DNA from: an uncultured Gemmatimonadaceae bacterium
GTDB taxonomy: Bacteria; Gemmatimonadota; Gemmatimonadetes; Gemmatimonadales; Gemmatimonadaceae
NCBI GenBank assembly: GCA_963761305.1
Contig: CAVXGK010000002.1
Span: 832,001-896,000, forward strand
DNA length: 64,000 bases
Direction: 5' to 3'
Position numbers and translations under genes: made by a program. Under the pieces are notes generated by a model. That model saw only the letters and a list, made by a program, of their open reading frames with translations, was not told the origin of the DNA and did not search any database. How positions within the stretch are numbered: position 1 is the stretch's first letter; every line of letters begins with the position of its first letter. Of this stretch, positions 51,223-60,196 are shown in pieces.

Positions 51223-53076
51223 ATGGCGTCACCCGCCGACCGATCACCCAACGTGCCGAATCGTTTCCTATTGCCGGCGATCGCGGCGCTTGCATTCGCG
51301 GGCGCTTGCGGATCATCCACCGAACCAAGAGTCGACGTCACCCCAGCGACGATCACCGGAACCCCGACCGACACGATCAGGGCGACCGTGGGATCGACCG
51401 TTGTGACGCCGCTCACCGTCATCGTCAAGAACCAGGCGGGAAGGTCCATCGACAGCGCCATCGTCACCTTCGCGGTGACTTCCGGGGGCGGCTCGGTGAG
51501 CTCCACCAGCGTGCACACAGACACCGCCGGCCGGGCGACGACGACGTGGACTCTCGGTCCCACGGCAGGCGTCCAATCAGCTACCGCGACGGCGACGGGA
51601 CTTACGTCGGTGAACTTCGTCGCGATTGCCGCTGCCGGCGCTCCGGCGACGGCGACCAAGTCCGCCGGAGACGCGCAATCGGCGGTCGCAGGAGCGACGG
51701 TCCCGATCGCGCCATCCGTCAAAGTGGTCGACGCGTTCGGCAATCCGTTGCAGAACGTGCTCGTGACCTTCGCGGTGGCGAGCGGCAACGGAGCGATCAC
51801 CGGCGCCTTGGCGAACACGAACGCGTCCGGTATCGCGACGGTCGGCTCGTGGCAGCTCGGCCCGTCGATCGGCGCCAACACGCTGAGCGCGACGGTCGCG
51901 TCGCTCCCGGCGCTCGTCTTCTCGGCGACAGGCACAGTGGGCACGGCGTCGCAGGTTCGCATCACGAACACCGCGCCGACGCTCGCCGCGGGCCGGACGT
52001 TCAAGCTCACCGCGCAGGCGCTCGACGCGAACAACAACGTCATTCCCACCGCGACGATCACGTGGTCGAGCAGCAGCGCCTCGATCGCCACGGTCGACAC
52101 GGGCGGCACGGTGAAGGGTGTGGGCGCAGGCAACGTGACGATCACCGCCGCCTCGGGAACGGGCAGCGCGACGCAGGCCGTCAGCGTGATCGGGCATCCG
52201 GTCGGCACGATCCTCGGTGCCGCGCAGCTGAGCGGGTTCATCACCAGTATCGCGGTCAACCAGAAAACGGCCTACGCGGGCATCTTCTCCGGCACCGTCG
52301 CCCCGGTCGACCTCGCGACCGCGACGGCATCGACGACGACCGGCTCTGCAGGCGGCGTGATCACGGACATCGGCGTCGGTGGAAGCGTCGTCTCCGCCGT
52401 GACCAGCAGTCCGACGCCGCAAGCCGTGGTGTTGAACGCCGCCGCGCTGTCGGTCACGCAGACGGTGAACCTCGGGGTGACGCCGTTCAAGCAGGCGATC
52501 ACCTCCGACGGCAAGACCCTGTTCGTCGATCGCACGGACTTCAGTCTGATCTCGATCGATGTCGCGTCGGGTACGATCACCTCGACGATCTTGCTCGGCG
52601 GCACCGCCAACGCGATGAAGATCGCGGCAGGGGACACCCTGTTGTACATCGGCACGGCGCTGGGCAGCGTGTTCGAGGTGGACACGCGTACGAACACGAT
52701 CAAGCGTCAGCTCACCCCGTCGGCCACGGTGTCCGACCTCGCGGTGTCGCGCGATGGGAAAACGCTCTACACGATCGACGGTACGGCCAACGTCACGATG
52801 ACGCCCCTGGCCGCCGGAGGCTTGAGCGGAACCGTCACGTTCTTGCTGCCGCTCTCGGGCGTCGCGATCTCGCCGGACAACCAGGCGCTCTGGGGGTCGA
52901 TGAGCGGCGCGTTGTTCAACGCACCGTTCCAGGACGGCCAGTTCCAGACGAATCTCGTCCCGAGCTTCATCCCGATCCCCAACGGTGGTTCGCCGACGCG
53001 GGTCGAGTTCAGTCCGCTGGGCGATTTCCTCGTCGCGCTCGATGCCGCCACGAACAAGATTTATGTGCTAAAATAG
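51223..53076 (+). CDS. Surface lipoprotein with Ig-like (Big_1/Big_2) domains and C-terminal beta-propeller
   Basis: lipobox FAGA-C; repeats VTFAVTSGGG..TDTAGRATTTWTLG / VTFAVASGNG..TNASGIATVGSWQLG; WSSSSASIATVD; SxDGKTL blades. Confidence 0.82.
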   Translation: MASPADRSPNVPNRFLLPAIAALAFAGACGSSTEPRVDVTPATITGTPTDTIRATVGSTVVTPLTVIVKNQAGRSIDSAIVTFAVTSGGGSVSSTSVHTDTAGRATTTWTLGPTAGVQSATATATGLTSVNFVAIAAAGAPATATKSAGDAQSAVAGATVPIAPSVKVVDAFGNPLQNVLVTFAVASGNGAITGALANTNASGIATVGSWQLGPSIGANTLSATVASLPALVFSATGTVGTASQVRITNTAPTLAAGRTFKLTAQALDANNNVIPTATITWSSSSASIATVDTGGTVKGVGAGNVTITAASGTGSATQAVSVIGHPVGTILGAAQLSGFITSIAVNQKTAYAGIFSGTVAPVDLATATASTTTGSAGGVITDIGVGGSVVSAVTSSPTPQAVVLNAAALSVTQTVNLGVTPFKQAITSDGKTLFVDRTDFSLISIDVASGTITSTILLGGTANAMKIAAGDTLLYIGTALGSVFEVDTRTNTIKRQLTPSATVSDLAVSRDGKTLYTIDGTANVTMTPLAAGGLSGTVTFLLPLSGVAISPDNQALWGSMSGALFNAPFQDGQFQTNLVPSFIPIPNGGSPTRVEFSPLGDFLVALDAATNKIYVLK

Positions 53077-53080
53077 GAGC

Positions 53081-53851
53081 GTGGAACGCTCCACCTCCAA
53101 TCGCTCAAGCGATGACGAGGGCGCGCTCAGCATTGAGCGCGCCCTCGTCATAGTCCCGACCTACAATGAATGCGAGAACATCGCGCGGCTCATCGACCGC
53201 GTGCTCTCGCAGGATCGTCGACTCGAAATTCTGGTCGTCGATGACGGGTCACCCGACGGGACGGCGGCGATCGTGCAGACCATCATGGAGGGCGAGTCAC
53301 GCGTCCACATCCTGTGCCGGCCGCGAAAGATGGGGCTCGGCACCGCCTACATCGCCGGGTTTCGCTGGGCGCTGGAGCAGGGATACGACGCCGTCTTCGA
53401 GATGGACGCCGATTTTTCTCACGACCCGGCCCACTTGCCGGAGTTTCTGTCGGCCATCCAGAACGCGGACCTGGTCCTCGGTTCCCGCTATCGTGACGGG
53501 CGGGTGACGGTCGTCAATTGGCCGATCTCGCGGCTGCTGCTCAGCTACTTCGCCAACGTCTACGCCAGATTCGTGACCGGGCTGAGCGTCTGGGACGCCA
53601 CCGGTGGCTTCAAGTGTTTTCGCCGAGTAGTCCTAGAAGCAATTGATTTTAATGACGTTAAATCGAACGGCTACGCATTCCAGATCGAGATGAGCGTCCG
53701 CGCGTCCAAGCGCGGATTTCGCATCGTTGAGATCCCGATCGTCTTCGTGGACCGCACGGAGGGAACGAGCAAGATGTCCAAGGCGATCGTCCGCGAAGCT
53801 GTCTGGATGGTCTGGCGCCTGCGCTGGTGGGCGATTCGCGGCCGTCTGTGA
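53081..53851 (+). CDS. Polyprenol monophosphomannose synthase (DPM1-like GT2)
   Basis: VPTYNE, VDDGSPDGT, GLGTAY, EMDADFSHDP, GSRY, DATGGF, GYAFQIE; AGGAG RBS. Confidence 0.9.
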   Translation: MERSTSNRSSDDEGALSIERALVIVPTYNECENIARLIDRVLSQDRRLEILVVDDGSPDGTAAIVQTIMEGESRVHILCRPRKMGLGTAYIAGFRWALEQGYDAVFEMDADFSHDPAHLPEFLSAIQNADLVLGSRYRDGRVTVVNWPISRLLLSYFANVYARFVTGLSVWDATGGFKCFRRVVLEAIDFNDVKSNGYAFQIEMSVRASKRGFRIVEIPIVFVDRTEGTSKMSKAIVREAVWMVWRLRWWAIRGRL

Positions 53852-53876
53852 TCGACCTAGCCGAATCGAGCGCCTC

Positions 53877-54722
53877 GTGAGCAACGCCGGCCAGTCGTTC
53901 TACAAAATGAGCGGGTCGGGCAACGACTTCGTGGTCGTCGACGCTCGATCTGACGGCCCGGGATCGCTCGCGGATCCTCAGTTGGTCCAGCGGATTTGCT
54001 CGCGCGGCACAGGCGTCGGAGCCGATGGGATGGTGTTTCTCGAGCCATCGAGCAAAGCCTCCGTTCGGCTGACGTACCTCAATGCCGACGGCTCGCGCGC
54101 CGCGTTCTGCGGCAACGCCACGTTGTGCGGCACTCGGCTCGGCTACGAGCTCGGAATGGCTCGCGACGGCGCGCTGTCGATCGAGACAGACGATGGCGTC
54201 GTGCAGACACGGATGCGGGGATCCAACCCGGAGATCGACCTGGAACCCGTTGTCGAGATCCGGGATGGCGTGGAAGGCATCGGGCTGGCGTCAGGCGAGT
54301 CCCGCATGGGGTTCGCCAAGGTCGGCGTGCCGCACCTGGTCATTCGATGCGCGGACACGCGCCTGGTGGACGTCGTGGGGCGCGGCCGACCATTGCGGTC
54401 GCACAGCGCGTTTCCGATCGGCGCCAACGTGAACTTCGTCTCCGAGTCGCCGCGAAACGGTGCCGCCGCCGGCCGCGGCTGGGCGATGCGGACCTACGAG
54501 CGCGGCGTGGAGGCGGAGACCCTCGCGTGCGGCAGCGGGGCGGTGGCCGTCGCAATCCTGCTCGCGACTTGGGGCGACGAACGGCTGGGCTCGCCGATCG
54601 AGATCGAGTCCCGATCCGGGCTTCCACTTACCGTGACCCTCAAACGGTCCGGCGACCGTTGGCTGCCGAGTCTGTCGGGCGAAGGCCGGATCGTGTTCCG
54701 AGGGTCGCTGGAGGAGGTCTGA
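53877..54722 (+). CDS. dapF: Diaminopimelate epimerase
   Basis: KMSGSGNDF, GVGADG, FCGNA, GVPH, NVNF, RTYERGVEAETLACGSG. Confidence 0.95.
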   Translation: MSNAGQSFYKMSGSGNDFVVVDARSDGPGSLADPQLVQRICSRGTGVGADGMVFLEPSSKASVRLTYLNADGSRAAFCGNATLCGTRLGYELGMARDGALSIETDDGVVQTRMRGSNPEIDLEPVVEIRDGVEGIGLASGESRMGFAKVGVPHLVIRCADTRLVDVVGRGRPLRSHSAFPIGANVNFVSESPRNGAAAGRGWAMRTYERGVEAETLACGSGAVAVAILLATWGDERLGSPIEIESRSGLPLTVTLKRSGDRWLPSLSGEGRIVFRGSLEEV

Positions 54723-54766
54723 AATCCGTGGGAAAAGCCGGTTCTCCACAAACCTTCCCCGCGCTC

Positions 54767-54794
54767 GGTTGACATAATACATCTTATACGAACC
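54767..54794 (-). other. dif: dif-like XerC/XerD chromosome dimer resolution site
   Basis: - strand GGTTCGTATAA-GATGTA-TTATGTCAACC matches the 11-6-11 dif architecture (E. coli GGTGCGCATAA-TGTATA-TTATGTTAAAT); lies where gene orientation converges. Confidence 0.85.
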
Positions 54795-54893
54795 TTCTGG
54801 CTGCCCACTTAAGAGCCCGCGAATCGACCGGTCCGGGATCGCCGCGCCCTTCGCAATGACAGGCGCGGTCGAGGGCAACGTCCCTGCGGAGGC

Positions 54894-55559
54894 CTACTTC
54901 TTCGCCGGCTGCGCCGTCAGCTCGCCAAGCCGGACCCGCGCTTCGGCCGATACCGACTCGGTGTTCGGATCGGTTGCCAGGTCCGACCAAATCTTGTGGG
55001 CCTTGGCGGTATCGCCAGACGCCTGGTAGGTTCGGGCCGCCTTCGCTCTGAGCGAGGCCTTCTCGGCTTGAAAAGACGTCGCCGCCGCCGCGGCTTCATA
55101 CTGCTGCCCGGCCTCGTTGAGCTTCCTGAGCTGCGCGTAGCCGTCGCCCATCAGATTGTGGATCGACGACTCCACACTGCTGGCGGCGCCGGCTCCGGAC
55201 GCCTTCCGCAGAAGATTGATGCCGTCCTGGACCTTGCCAGCGTCGTAGTCGAGGCCGGCCAGAAGGATCGCCGCCTCAATGCCGGCCGGTGTCGATCCGT
55301 AGCGCGAATACACCTTGTCCAGGTCGCTTTGCGCCAGCGGCAGGTTCCCCGAATTGAGGGATTGTTTGGCACTGCTGAGCGCGCGCTCGGCGTTCGTATT
55401 CGTGATAAGCCTGAGACGGCCCATGAACAGATAGACCAGGATTCCGGCGACGAGCACGCCGCCGACGATCATCCAGACTCTCGAATTTTTGCGCGCCCAG
55501 TCGAGAGCGTCCTGAAGCTTGTCGGACGACGAGGGCGAATCAGCTTGAATGCCAGTCAT
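54894..55559 (-). CDS. Membrane-anchored TPR protein (YfgM-like)
   Basis: short N-tail, one TM (WMIVGGVLVAGILVYLF), helical TPR-like repeats. Confidence 0.75.
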   Translation of the reverse strand: MTGIQADSPSSSDKLQDALDWARKNSRVWMIVGGVLVAGILVYLFMGRLRLITNTNAERALSSAKQSLNSGNLPLAQSDLDKVYSRYGSTPAGIEAAILLAGLDYDAGKVQDGINLLRKASGAGAASSVESSIHNLMGDGYAQLRKLNEAGQQYEAAAAATSFQAEKASLRAKAARTYQASGDTAKAHKIWSDLATDPNTESVSAEARVRLGELTAQPAKK

Positions 55560-55615
55560 GAACAGGTAGATGTGTGATCGGTGCGAACGTCCCAGCCCCT
55601 GAACGAGTACCCCAG

Positions 55616-55689
55616 TGCCCCTGGCGTGACTCGAACACGCGGCCAACGGTTTAGGAAACCGCTGCTCTATCCATCTGAGCTACAGGGGC
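55616..55689 (-). tRNA. tRNA-Arg (anticodon CCT)
   Basis: GCCCCTGTAGCTCAGATGGATAGAGCAGCGGTTTCCTAAACCGTTGGCCGCGTGTTCGAGTCACGCCAGGGGCA folds as a cloverleaf; CCA not encoded. Confidence 0.95.
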
Positions 55690-55779
55690 ATCCACCACGA
55701 ATTGCAGCCCAACGCCCTGGCCGGGAACCTTGAAAGTTAGCCCAACCGTCAGGGCGACGGCAGTACTCTCTCGCCGAAC

Positions 55780-56367
55780 TCAGTAGCTGAGGAGCGCGCT
55801 CGTGCGGCGCCCTCGGAGCCGTTCGAGGCCGGGCAGAAACGTCAACGCCAACAGGAACGACAGTCCGACTACCGACGCTCCGAGCGCCTCGACCAGCCGA
55901 CACGTGGCCGCAGCGGTCCCGCCGGTGGCCAAGACGTCGTCCACGACGAGCACGCGGGCCGCAGAACCCACCGCGTCGTCGTGCATCTCGAGCGCGTCCG
56001 TGCCGTACTCCAGCGCGTACTCCTCGCGCCGCTTCGTCGACGGCAATTTCCCCGGTTTCCTGACCGGCACGAACCCGGCGCCGAGCTCCTGCGCGACCGG
56101 CGCGCCGAGGATGAACCCCCGGCTCTCGATCGCCACCACGTGCGTGACGTCCGAGTCGAGAAACGGCGACGCCATGAGCCGCGTGACGAGTGCGAAATCG
56201 TTGGCGTCGGCCAACAATGGGGTGATGTCCTTGAACAGGATTCCCGGCTTGGGATAATCCGGAATGTCGCGGATCAGCGACCTGAGACGCGGGTGGTGCC
56301 CTGCACTCGAATCCATCAGGATCGTCATCGTGTGTTGACTCGGACGTTCGTTCATCGGTTCTGTCAT
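55780..56367 (-). CDS. apt: Adenine phosphoribosyltransferase
   Basis: IPDYPKPGILFKDITP, ESRGF, RKPGKLP, LEYG, VDDVLATGGT; start uncertain. Confidence 0.95.
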   Translation of the reverse strand: MTEPMNERPSQHTMTILMDSSAGHHPRLRSLIRDIPDYPKPGILFKDITPLLADANDFALVTRLMASPFLDSDVTHVVAIESRGFILGAPVAQELGAGFVPVRKPGKLPSTKRREEYALEYGTDALEMHDDAVGSAARVLVVDDVLATGGTAAATCRLVEALGASVVGLSFLLALTFLPGLERLRGRRTSALLSY

Positions 56368-56636
56368 CGCGCGATCTCGAATGGTCGACGCAGCTCGCGC
56401 GTCTCCGGCGAGGGCACGTCGTCGACGGAGGTGACTTTCGCGTGCGACGGTCCCTCGCGCAACATCGCGCGAAAACGCGTCACGCGCTCGTCCTCTCCGT
56501 CCGCCGCGATTTCCACGTTTCCGTCGGATCGGTTTCGGACCCAGCCGGCGAGGTCGAGCTCGATCGCCGATTCGCGCACGAACCATCGGAATCCAACGCC
56601 CTGCACTCGGCCGGACACCAGGACGTGCATTCGCAT
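56364..56636 (-). CDS. Acylphosphatase
   Basis: GRVQGVGFR, GWVRNRSDGNVE, GP. Confidence 0.93.
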   Translation of the reverse strand: MRMHVLVSGRVQGVGFRWFVRESAIELDLAGWVRNRSDGNVEIAADGEDERVTRFRAMLREGPSHAKVTSVDDVPSPETRELRRPFEIAR

Positions 56637-56649
56637 CTCGGCGTCCCGG

Positions 56650-57330
56650 TCAGGCGTCGTCCGATCGCGACCAGCCGTGGTGCCCGACCAGCGGCACGAA
56701 CCGCACGGGCGCTTCCTCGCGCATCTCGACGCGCCCGCCCTTTCGCTCGGCGAAGACGAGGCGCTGCTCCTCTCGGTCGCCCACGGGAATCAACAATCGT
56801 CCGCCTTCGGCGAGTTGGTCGAGCAGCGGCTGCGGGATCGACGGCGCGCCCGCCCCGACCAGGATCGCGTCGTACGGCGCGTACTCGCGCCATCCGATGC
56901 TGCCGTCGCCAAGCAGCAACGACACGTTGTTCACGCCGGTGCGCTGGATGTTCTCGCGCGCCTGCTGGAGCAACGCCGGAATGCGCTCGATCGAAAACAC
57001 CTGCGCGACCAGATGCGCGAGCAGCACGGTCTCGTAGCCCGAGCCGGTCCCGATTTCGAGCACGCGCTCCTTGCCAGAGAGTTGAAGCAGCTCGAGGTAT
57101 CGCGCGTGGACCCACGGCTGCGAGATCGTCTGTCCGTTTCCGATCGGCAGCGGCGCGTCTTCGTAGGCACGGTGGCGCAGGCCGGTCGGCACGAACGCGT
57201 GGCGCGGCGTCATCTCGATGGCGCGCAGCACGGCGAGATCGCGAATGCCTTTGCCGCGGAGCGTCTCGACGAGTCGCTGTCTGGCGCCGAGAAATTCGCG
57301 GTCGTTCGTCGACCCGTTGGAGCGTGTCAT
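56650..57330 (-). CDS. pcm: Protein-L-isoaspartate O-methyltransferase
   Basis: AYEDAPLPIG, QTISQP, LEIGTGSGY, PYDAI, RFVPL; follows surE. Confidence 0.95.
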   Translation of the reverse strand: MTRSNGSTNDREFLGARQRLVETLRGKGIRDLAVLRAIEMTPRHAFVPTGLRHRAYEDAPLPIGNGQTISQPWVHARYLELLQLSGKERVLEIGTGSGYETVLLAHLVAQVFSIERIPALLQQARENIQRTGVNNVSLLLGDGSIGWREYAPYDAILVGAGAPSIPQPLLDQLAEGGRLLIPVGDREEQRLVFAERKGGRVEMREEAPVRFVPLVGHHGWSRSDDA

Positions 57331-58088
57331 GGATTGCGCCACCAACGTTCCGCGCCCTGGAGCGCGCTGTGGTGCGTGAGGTCGAGGTGGAGCGGCGTGA
57401 CGGAGACATAGCCGTCTTCGACGGCCCGAAAATCGGAATCCGTTTCCCCGCTCCAACTCGCCTGGCCGCCGCCGATCCAATAGATCTGGCGGCCGCGCGG
57501 ATCCTTCATCGGCGCGACGGACTGCGAGTAGACGCGACGTCCCAGGCGAGTGAGCTTGACGCCTTTCACCTGATCCCCCACCAGCGGCGGCAGGTTGATG
57601 TTGAGCAGCGTGTCGGCCGGAAGCGCCGGAAGCGACGTGACGTGTTTCAACAACGACGTCAGCACCGGCACCTGCGCGCGTAGTCGCGCCGGATCGGCGC
57701 GCATCGCGCTACCCGCCGATGAGATCGCGATCGACGGTACACCGAGGGCGAGACCTTCCATCGCGGCGGCCACCGTGCCGGAGTACAGCACGTCCTCGCC
57801 CATGTTCTGGCCGTGATTGACGCCGCTGAGCACGAAGTCGGGTCGCTCGGGCATCAGCGCTTCGAGCGCCAACATGACGCAGTCGGTCGGCGTGCCATCG
57901 ACCTGCCAGCGCCGATCGCCGCGCCGCACGGGATGGAGCGGGTGGTGGAGCGTGAGCGAATGGCTCGTCGCGCTCTGTTCGCGATCGGGCGCCACGACCG
58001 TCACTTCGCCGAGCGGCTCGGCCGCGGCGATGAGACATTCGATGCCCTGCGCGAGGAAGCCGTCGTCGTTCGTGACGAGAAAGCGCAT
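57327..58088 (-). CDS. surE: 5'/3'-nucleotidase SurE
   Basis: LVTNDDG, DGTPTDCV, SGVNHGQN, YSGTV, SVTPL. Confidence 0.96.
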   Translation of the reverse strand: MRFLVTNDDGFLAQGIECLIAAAEPLGEVTVVAPDREQSATSHSLTLHHPLHPVRRGDRRWQVDGTPTDCVMLALEALMPERPDFVLSGVNHGQNMGEDVLYSGTVAAAMEGLALGVPSIAISSAGSAMRADPARLRAQVPVLTSLLKHVTSLPALPADTLLNINLPPLVGDQVKGVKLTRLGRRVYSQSVAPMKDPRGRQIYWIGGGQASWSGETDSDFRAVEDGYVSVTPLHLDLTHHSALQGAERWWRNP

Positions 58089-58098
58089 CGAGCGGCGG

Positions 58099-58503
58099 TC
58101 AGTCCGCGAGGGCGAGCGAATCGAGCAACGTCACGAGATCGCGCAGGTCGCCCTCGAGCGATTCCAACGCTTCGACCGTGAGCGCGCCGCGCGCGATGAC
58201 TTTGAGATCGCCGCTCTTGCGGTGCTCGTCGACCTTCTGGCGCGCGCCCTCGATCGTGTACTTCTCATCGTACAACAGATGCTTCACGAGCATCACGAGC
58301 TCGACTTCGCGCCGTTGGTAGACGCGATTTCCGGACCGATTCTTGGCCGGATTGAGGAAGCGGAACTGGCTCTCCCAGTACCGCAACACATGAGGCTTGA
58401 GACCGGTGAGGTCGCAGACTTCTCCGATGGAGAAGAATTCCTGCACCGGCTCGGAGTGTGCGCCGCGCGGCGCCGAGTGCGAACGGGAAGAGGATGGGGT
58501 CAC
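58099..58503 (-). CDS. MerR family transcriptional regulator
   Basis: FSIGEV..HVLRYWESQF..P.KNRSGNRVY..LLYDEKYTIEGAR. Confidence 0.9.
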   Translation of the reverse strand: MTPSSSRSHSAPRGAHSEPVQEFFSIGEVCDLTGLKPHVLRYWESQFRFLNPAKNRSGNRVYQRREVELVMLVKHLLYDEKYTIEGARQKVDEHRKSGDLKVIARGALTVEALESLEGDLRDLVTLLDSLALAD

Positions 58504-59495
58504 AGGTCTTGCTCCGATCGAAGTTCACGCGCCATGAGCTCGGGGACCGCTTTTCGTGCTGTGTGTCCGTCGAAGAGAATGCGGTGCACCATTTGTACGA
58601 TGGGCATGTCCACGCCGCATCGTTCGGCGAGAGCCAATCCGCTCGCCGTCGAGCTGACGCCTTCGGCGACCGTTTCCTTGCCGGCGAGCGCTTGCTCGAG
58701 CGTCGCGCCGCGGCCGATCTCCAAACCGAGCGCGTGATTGCGGCTGAGTAAGCCCGTGCACGTGAGCACGAGGTCGCCGATGCCGGCGAGCCCGGCGAAG
58801 GTGTTCTGCCGCGCACCCAGCGCCACACCCAGCCGCGTCATCTCGTGCAGCCCGCGCGTGATCAGCGCGGCGCGTGAGTTGTTGCCGAGCCCTACGCCCT
58901 CGACGATGCCGGTCGCCACCGCCATCACGTTCTTGAGCGCGCCGCCCAGCTCGACTCCGACCACGTCGTCGTTGGTGTAGACGCGGAACGACTTGCTGCT
59001 GAGCGCGTCCTGCACGACGCGCGCGGCGTCGCGACGGACGCTCGCCGCGACGATCGCCGTCGGTTGTCGCGCAATTACCTCGGACGCGAAGCTCGGCCCC
59101 GACACTCCGACCACCGGCCGGCCAGAGACTTCTTCACCGATGACCGACGTCATCAGCGCCAGGGTTTCGCGCTCGATGCCCTTCGTCGCCACCGACAGCA
59201 CGGCGTCGCGCGAAACGCTCGCCAGGCCTTCGGCCGCGATGCGGCGAAGGTGTTGCGACGGCGTGGCGTAGACGACCAGCGTCGCGCCGTCGAGCGTGGC
59301 GCGCAGATCGTTCGTCGCGCGGAGCGACGGCGCCAGCGTGAAGCCCTGGAGAAAACGCTGATTCTCGTGACGGCTGTTGATCGAGTTCGCGACGTCGGTC
59401 TCGAAGGCCCAGATCGTCGTCTCGTGACCGTTGGATGCCAGGAGGTCCGCGAGCGCGGTGCCCCACGCGCCGGCGCCGATGACGGCGACGCGCAT
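58500..59495 (-). CDS. gpsA: NAD(P)H-dependent glycerol-3-phosphate dehydrogenase
   Basis: GAGAWGTAL, TKGIE, SGPSFA, GALKNV, GIGDLVLTC, SRN. Confidence 0.95.
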   Translation of the reverse strand: MRVAVIGAGAWGTALADLLASNGHETTIWAFETDVANSINSRHENQRFLQGFTLAPSLRATNDLRATLDGATLVVYATPSQHLRRIAAEGLASVSRDAVLSVATKGIERETLALMTSVIGEEVSGRPVVGVSGPSFASEVIARQPTAIVAASVRRDAARVVQDALSSKSFRVYTNDDVVGVELGGALKNVMAVATGIVEGVGLGNNSRAALITRGLHEMTRLGVALGARQNTFAGLAGIGDLVLTCTGLLSRNHALGLEIGRGATLEQALAGKETVAEGVSSTASGLALAERCGVDMPIVQMVHRILFDGHTARKAVPELMARELRSEQDL

Positions 59496-60196
59496 CAGCG
59501 GAACCTCGTCGCGATGAAGATCGCCCCGGCGATGACGAGGGCGATCGGCACGACGGCGTTTGGACGTTTCGTCGCCGCGCCCTTGTTGCCGAACCGATGC
59601 TCCTGGCCTGTGCGCAGGCGCTGGATATTCGCGCGGTGCGTCCAGAACACGAAGAGGGCGACGAGCACGCTGATCGCGAACAAGGGCGACCGCACACCCA
59701 CCGTGAGCCACAGCAGCACCGGCATCAGGGTCGCGCACGTGAGCGAGCCCAACGACACGTATCCGCTCGACTTGAGGACAACGGCGAACACGACGAGCAC
59801 GAGCAAGGTTTGAATCGGCGCCAGCGCGAGGAAAACGCCCGCTGCCGTGGCCACGCCCTTCCCTCCCTTGCCCAGCCCCAGGAAGATCGGGCGCGTGTGT
59901 CCGATGATCGCGCACACGCCACACAGGATCCCGAACAGCAACGGGTCGTGCATCGGCATCACGTCGGCCGGCACCCACCGCGGAAACAGCACCACGGGCA
60001 GCGTGCCCTTGAGCATGTCGAAGGCGAACACCAAGAGACCGATCCGCGCCCCGAGCACGCGAATCACGTTCGTCGCGCCGAGGTTGCCCGATCCGTGCTT
60101 TCTCAGGTCGATGCCTCGCGCGCGTCCGGCGATGTACGCCGCCGGAATCGATCCGAGCAGGTACGACCCGATCAACGCGGCCGCGAGGCGAAGCAT
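59495..60196 (-). CDS. plsY: Glycerol-3-phosphate acyltransferase
   Basis: YLLGSIP, GSGNLGATN, DMLKG, GGKGVAT, HRANIQRL. Confidence 0.95.
   Translation of the reverse strand: MLRLAAALIGSYLLGSIPAAYIAGRARGIDLRKHGSGNLGATNVIRVLGARIGLLVFAFDMLKGTLPVVLFPRWVPADVMPMHDPLLFGILCGVCAIIGHTRPIFLGLGKGGKGVATAAGVFLALAPIQTLLVLVVFAVVLKSSGYVSLGSLTCATLMPVLLWLTVGVRSPLFAISVLVALFVFWTHRANIQRLRTGQEHRFGNKGAATKRPNAVVPIALVIAGAIFIATRFR

Noticed and set aside
54742..54790. oriC (TTCTCCACA DnaA-box-like 9-mer) or a sigma70 promoter (TTGACA at 54769)
   Set aside because: Only one imperfect box, flanking genes converge rather than diverge, no + strand gene follows, and TTGACA is part of the dif XerD arm.
55616..55689. tRNA-Arg as an integration site for a genomic island
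   Set aside because: No duplicated tRNA 3' end, integrase or foreign genes next to it.
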